Source: Eledone cirrhosa (taxonomy: Eukaryota). Taken from it: DNA of 64,000 nucleotides. The translations under genes and the position numbers were made by a program. Below are positions 63,601-64,000 of the stretch, piece by piece. Below the pieces are notes generated by a model that did not search any database, was not told the DNA's origin, and worked only from the letters and a program-made list of their open reading frames with translations. Position 1 is the first letter of the stretch. Every line of letters starts with the position of its first letter. The stretch lies in the NCBI GenBank assembly GCA_964016885.1, contig OZ024742.1:370760001-370824000 (forward strand), written 5' to 3'.

Positions 63601-64000
63601 GGGTGGTAGGGGTATTGACATTGTATGGTGACCTTACAGGGTGGTAGGGGCATTGACAGTGTATGGTGAGCCTACAGGGTGGTAGGGGCATTAACAGTGT
63701 CTGGTGACCCTACAGTTTGGTAGGGGTATTGACAGTATATGGTGACCCTACAGGGTGGTAGGGGTATTGACAGTGTCTGGTGACCCTATAGTGTGGTAGG
63801 GGTATTGACAGTGTCTGGTGACCTTACAGGGTGGTAGGGGTATTGACAGTGTCTGGTGAACTTACAGGGTGGTTGGGGCATTGACAGTGTCTGGTGACCT
63901 TACAGGGTGGTAGGAGTATACACACTGTCTGGTGACCTTACAAGGTGGTAATGGCATTGACAGTGTATGGTGACATTACAGGGTGATAAGGGTATTGACA
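54601..64000 (+). repeat. Domain D: more diverged sub-array related to domain C, with a ~4.67 kb duplication
   Basis: gaagcattgacaatgtgtgg at 54681 and 59353; tataagatgggagggg at 54821 and 59492. C-type markers recur: tttacagtctattgtgatcc (~59131, ~60992) and gacactgtatggtacattac (~58111, ~61795), with more mismatches than among C copies. Confidence 0.85.

Larger units (their letters stand above)
1..64000 (+). repeat. Tandem satellite/large minisatellite array, 38-bp monomer, consensus GGTGACC(T/C)TACAGGGTGGTAGGGG(T/C)ATTGACAGTGT(C/A)T, ~1,680 copies, single orientation, extends beyond both window ends
   Basis: Seen directly: the core ...cagggtggtagggg.attgacagtgt.tggtgacc.ta... recurs every 38 bp (occasionally 36, 37 or 39) from base 1 to 64000. 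Copy number is 64000/38. The T/T/C consensus has 15 G, 5 C, 7 A, 11 T on the + strand and no CpG. Confidence 0.99.

Noticed and set aside
1-64000. CRISPR array (repeat of 38 bp with partial dyad symmetry)
   Set aside because: Monomers abut directly with no unique spacers, and there is no leader or cas gene.
1-64000. Bacterial sigma70 -35 box TTGACA in most monomers
   Set aside because: No TATAAT-like -10 element lies at 16-18 bp spacing (the sequence there is G-rich), and there are no downstream genes. The match is coincidental.
1-64000. Telomeric repeat (G-rich, TAGGG-like)
   Set aside because: The unit is 38 bp and complex. TTAGGG appears only as a sporadic variant (gtgttagggg) and never in tandem. 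A subtelomeric location cannot be excluded but is not shown.
1-64000. Variant-cassette library for antigenic variation, or a diversity-generating or recombinase-site array
   Set aside because: There is no expressed locus, recombinase or reverse transcriptase. Variation is spread across the monomer and is inherited in duplicated blocks, as expected for ordinary satellite turnover.

Overview
The whole 64 kb window is one uninterrupted, head-to-tail tandem array of a 38-bp G-rich monomer (consensus GGTGACCYTACAGGGTGGTAGGGGYATTGACAGTGTMT), about 1,680 copies, all in the same orientation and running off both ends. I see no unique sequence, genes, RNA genes, transposons or CRISPR spacers, and every ORF in the track is explained by translating the repeat. 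It looks like eukaryotic satellite or large-minisatellite DNA, but I do not recognise the family or organism. The real structure lies in the ordered pattern of monomer variants, which defines four domains. A (1 to ~11.56 kb) is a 4-5 kb higher-order repeat (HOR). B (~11.6-36 kb) is a mosaic of duplications of 0.07-3.4 kb. C (~36.2-54.6 kb) is a young 4,969-bp HOR with exact whole-monomer deletions. D (~54.6-64 kb) is a more diverged relative of C. The monomer contains three adjacent short dyad symmetries, and several recurrent variants perfect, invert or delete their centres. I found no protein-coding or defence-type system. Coordinates of domain boundaries are approximate and were read by eye.
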